A stretch of DNA of 64,000 bases from Candidatus Marinacidobacterales bacterium (lineage in GTDB: Bacteria > Acidobacteriota > Vicinamibacteria > Marinacidobacterales > SMYC01). The stretch spans positions 6,656,001-6,720,000 of the forward strand of contig OZ250169.1 in the NCBI GenBank assembly GCA_965237955.1, given 5' to 3'. The notes below the pieces were generated by a model. That model did not search any database and was not told where the DNA came from. It saw only the letters and a list, made by a program, of their open reading frames with translations. The number at the start of each line of letters is the position of its first letter. The stretch's first letter is position 1. This document shows positions 60,784 through 64,000 of this stretch, one piece after another. The translations under genes and the position numbers were made by a program.

Positions 60784-62157
60784 GTGGCATTACTTCAGAG
60801 CTATTCTGCGGTTTCTGATGGCGAGACCGCGCCCGCCAAGTTCAAGGTCTTTACCCGCAAAGACATCGACGACATCCGCGAGCTCCAATCGCTTTCCGAG
60901 GAAGAGCGCCTCAGTATGAAGGCAGTCTCCGCAGTCCTGCCGTTCCGCGTGAACAACTACGTCATCGGAGAGCTCATCGACTGGAACAATATACCGGCGG
61001 ACCCTATTTTTCAGCTCACCTTCCCACAGCCCGGCATGCTGGAGAGGAAGGACTTCGAGCGCATGCTCGAGCTCGTCAAGAAAGACGCTGCCGCTGACGA
61101 TATTCACAAAGCGGCGCGCGAGATTCAGAACAAACTGAACCCGCATCCGGCCGGTCAAATGGAGCTGAATGTTCCGAAGTTGGGCGAAGAGCCACTCGCC
61201 GGTATGCAACACAAGTACCGGGAGACGGTCCTGTTCTTCCCGGCAGCGGGTCAGACCTGTCACGCCTATTGCACGTATTGCTTCCGCTGGGCGCAGTTCG
61301 TCGGTATGGACGAGCTGAAATTCGCCGCGCGGCAAGCCGAAGCCCTCGTCGATTACGTCCGCCAGCATCCCGAAGTCCGCAGCATCTTGTTTACCGGCGG
61401 CGACCCGATGGTGATGAAGGCCAAAGTGTTGAGGCGCTACATCGAGCCCTTGCTCGATCCGTCTCTCGACCACCTCGATAGCATCCGCATCGGCACCAAA
61501 GCACCGGCGTACTGGCCCTACAAGTTCGTCACCGACGACGACGCCGACGACGTGCTGGCACTGTTCGAGCAAGTGGCGGAAGCCGGGCGCAACCTAGCGG
61601 TCATGGCGCACTTCACGCACCCTCGTGAGCTGGAAACACCGATCGCCAAAGAAGCGGTCCGCCGCATGCGTTCCGCCGGTGCGGTCGTGCGCTGCCAGTC
61701 GCCGATCATCTCGCACGTGAACGATGACGCCGACGCGTGGGCGACGATGTGGAAAGAGGAAGTCAAGCTCGGCGCGATCCCCTACTACATGTTCGTCGAG
61801 CGCGACACCGGGGCGAAGCACTACTTCGCCCTCCCGCTCGAAAAAGCGCTGACGATTTTCAACGACGCCTACCGTCAGGTCTCCGGGCTCGCACGCACGG
61901 TGCGCGGCCCCTCGATGTCCGCAACGCCCGGAAAGGTGCTCGTCGACGGCATTAACGAAGTAAACGGTGAGAAAGTCTTCATCCTCAAGTTCCTCCAGGG
62001 TCGCGACCCGTCCTGGGTGGGCAAGACGTTCTTCGCCAAGTACGACCCGCAAGCAAGCTGGCTCGACCACCTCGAGCCCGCGTTCGGCGAGAAGGAGTTT
62101 TTCTTCGAAGAAGGACTCCGCGAGATCAAGAAAACGCACCTGCCGAAACCCGCGTAA
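60784..62157 (+). CDS. KamA-family radical SAM protein (lysine 2,3-aminomutase-like)
   Basis: HKYRETVL, CHAYCTYCFR, FTGGDP, IRIGTK, HFTHPREL, PYY, SATPGK; AGGAGGT RBS before GTG 60784. Confidence 0.9.
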   Translation: MALLQSYSAVSDGETAPAKFKVFTRKDIDDIRELQSLSEEERLSMKAVSAVLPFRVNNYVIGELIDWNNIPADPIFQLTFPQPGMLERKDFERMLELVKKDAAADDIHKAAREIQNKLNPHPAGQMELNVPKLGEEPLAGMQHKYRETVLFFPAAGQTCHAYCTYCFRWAQFVGMDELKFAARQAEALVDYVRQHPEVRSILFTGGDPMVMKAKVLRRYIEPLLDPSLDHLDSIRIGTKAPAYWPYKFVTDDDADDVLALFEQVAEAGRNLAVMAHFTHPRELETPIAKEAVRRMRSAGAVVRCQSPIISHVNDDADAWATMWKEEVKLGAIPYYMFVERDTGAKHYFALPLEKALTIFNDAYRQVSGLARTVRGPSMSATPGKVLVDGINEVNGEKVFILKFLQGRDPSWVGKTFFAKYDPQASWLDHLEPAFGEKEFFFEEGLREIKKTHLPKPA

Positions 62158-62183
62158 AAGCGATTGGCCAATGAGTCGCGCGA

Positions 62184-62730
62184 TTCGGCTGGACGTTCGA
62201 GCGCGTCACCGACGACGACACCTAGACGCTCATTCTCAAAGACGACAAGCCCATGGGCGGCATCGTCTTCCACGATCAACTGAACGACGTTTCCGAGTAA
62301 CGTTGGGTGAGCTACCTCTCGGTGCCTGACGTGGATGACGCCGTCGCCATCGTACGCGCCCAGGGCGGTGAGATCTACGTCGAGCCGCGCAATGTTCCCG
62401 ACCGTGGTCGACTCGCCGTCATCGCCGACCCTCAAGGCGCAGTCCTAGCGCTCCTCACGGCGAAAGAAGGAGACCCGCCTCCCGATCGGGTGCCTGGACC
62501 CAAGCAATGGACGTGGATCGAGCTCTGGACCACCGATACCGACCAAGCGTTCGCGTTCTACGAAAAGCTCGTCGGCTACGAACGTCAGGAGTTTGGAGAG
62601 GTTGAGGGTGAGCCCTACCAGTTGATGCGCCGTGACGGCCGCTTCCGGAGCGGTATGGTACGCATGCCGTTGGTCGGGTGTCGAGCCGAACTGGCTTCCC
62701 TACGTTCTCATCGACGATCCTTCGGGCGCC
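62184..62730 (+). pseudogene. Degraded two-domain VOC/glyoxalase family gene
   Basis: FGWTFE..*..MGGI..*.WVSYLSVPDVD...GRLAVIADPQGA...WIELWTTD...FYEKLVG; in-frame TAG and TAA, no proper termini. Confidence 0.75.
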
Positions 62731-62774
62731 GCGTTCGCCATCCAGCGTCGACCGGTCCGTGAGGCACCCGCCGG

Positions 62775-62965
62775 ATGACAAATCTCTGGAAATTCGCCTT
62801 GCTCGTCATACTCACTGGGCTTTTCGCGCTCATTAGCTTCGGTTGCGCGGGAAGCCACGTCAGCGTCGGCGTCGGCGTTGCCGTTCCCGGCCCGTGTACG
62901 GCTACCCCGGACCCTACGGCGGACCCCCGGTGTGGGTAGGACGACCTTACCCCGGATACTGGTAG
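62775..62965 (+). CDS. Small Gly/Pro/Tyr-rich lipoprotein (probable frameshift ~62895)
   Basis: MTNLWKFALLVILTGLFALISFGC lipobox, SVGVGVAVPGP then YGYPGPYGGPPVWVGRPYPGYW* in a shifted frame. Confidence 0.5.
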
Positions 62966-63888
62966 CGCTCAGCCGTTCCGCTGGCCGCTACTTCGCACTC
63001 TGGGTCGTTCTCGGAACGATCCTGGGTTCGATACGTCCCGAGCTCGTCACTTGGGTCGGGCCTCACATCCCATTCCTCCTCGGCGTGATCATGTTCGGGA
63101 TGGGCATGACGCTCTCGGGGTCCGACTTCAAGAACGCCCTTCGGCGACCACGGGAAGTCGCGGCAGGTGTCCTCGCTCAGTTCACGATCATGCCGCTGGT
63201 CGCCTACGGGCTTGCTCTCGGTTTGAAGCTTCCACCCGACCTCGCCGTCGGGGTCGTCCTGGTGGGAGCGTGTCCTGGCGGGACTGCATCCAACGTGGTG
63301 ACCTATCTCGCCCGCGGCGACGTCGCGCTATCGGTATCGATGACGTCGATCGCGACGCTACTCGCGCCCGTGCTGACACCGATGCTGACGCTCGGGCTTG
63401 CGGGTCAATGGATTCCCGTCTCCGCTGGAGCGCTCTTCCTCTCCATCGTCAAGATAGTGGTCCTGCCGGTCGCGGCCGGAGTTCTCGCTCATCGCTTCTT
63501 GTCGAAGATCGTCGCGCAACTGACGCCGCTGCTCCCGCTCGTGTCGGTGAGCGCGATCGTACTCATCGTCGCCTTCGTCGTGAGCGCCAACTTGGATCGC
63601 ATCCTTGCCACCGCCGCGACGGTCTTCGTTGCCGTCGCACTCCACCACCTCTTCGGACTCGGGTTGGGCTTTGCGTTGGCGCGCGCGCTCGGGATGGAGG
63701 AGTCGAAGACCCGCGCCGTCACGATCGAAGTCGGGATGCAAAACTCCGGGCTCGCCGTTTCGCTAGCCGCCTTACACTTCAATCCAGCCGCGGCGATCCC
63801 GGGCGCTCTGTTCAGCGTGTGGCACAACCTCACCGGGCCCGCGCTCGCTACCTACTGGGCGCGCGAGCCGCCCGATCAAACGTACTGA
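62878..63888 (+). CDS. Bile acid:sodium symporter (BASS) family transporter; true start uncertain (~62960)
   Basis: IMFGMGMTL, QFTIMP, CPGGTASNV, EVGMQNSGLA, FSVWHN. Confidence 0.92.
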   Translation: MPFPARVRLPRTLRRTPGVGRTTLPRILVALSRSAGRYFALWVVLGTILGSIRPELVTWVGPHIPFLLGVIMFGMGMTLSGSDFKNALRRPREVAAGVLAQFTIMPLVAYGLALGLKLPPDLAVGVVLVGACPGGTASNVVTYLARGDVALSVSMTSIATLLAPVLTPMLTLGLAGQWIPVSAGALFLSIVKIVVLPVAAGVLAHRFLSKIVAQLTPLLPLVSVSAIVLIVAFVVSANLDRILATAATVFVAVALHHLFGLGLGFALARALGMEESKTRAVTIEVGMQNSGLAVSLAALHFNPAAAIPGALFSVWHNLTGPALATYWAREPPDQTY

Positions 63889-64000
63889 GGTCTGGTCGGC
63901 GGTGGTACCTGGAGATCCGGCATCGGTCGCGTGGTGAACACCCGACGACAGGGTTTCGCGAGCCATCGTGCCCATCGGCGGGCCCGGTCTCCCCGCGCGC

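Overview
GC-rich bacterial chromosome segment. Gene content suggests Acidobacteriota, probably Vicinamibacteria-like (inference). Housekeeping and metabolic genes include guaB, secA, an M23 peptidase, comM, an MltD-like LysM transglycosylase, dsbD, lpxA, a LeuA-like synthase, fabI, an amidase, a KamA-family radical SAM enzyme, two PQQ dehydrogenases and a CocE/NonD hydrolase. Six IS elements are present: two near-identical 1445-bp IS256 copies (each with its own 8-bp target duplication), an IS1182 carrying a small AbrB-like gene, an IS630, an IS110 with a long upstream non-coding end, and a truncated ISAzo13. Main highlights: (1) a probable selenoprotein missed by the ORF track (50876-51409, minus; in-frame UGA giving a U-x-x-C motif, followed by a SECIS-like hairpin); (2) a three-level nested insertion (IS256 in IS1182 in a DUF6569-like gene) inside an ~8-kb patch between the M23 gene and secA; (3) a two-gene satellite microcompartment locus; (4) a Qrc/ACIII-like redox operon flanked by thiol-disulfide genes; (5) an orphan MglA-like GTPase with a long C-terminal extension; (6) intergenic hairpins built from 7- or 8-mer tandem repeats; (7) an unannotated 51-aa ORF coupled to the amidase. 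Many genes carry small indels that may be long-read assembly errors. No rRNA, tRNA or CRISPR array was recognised.
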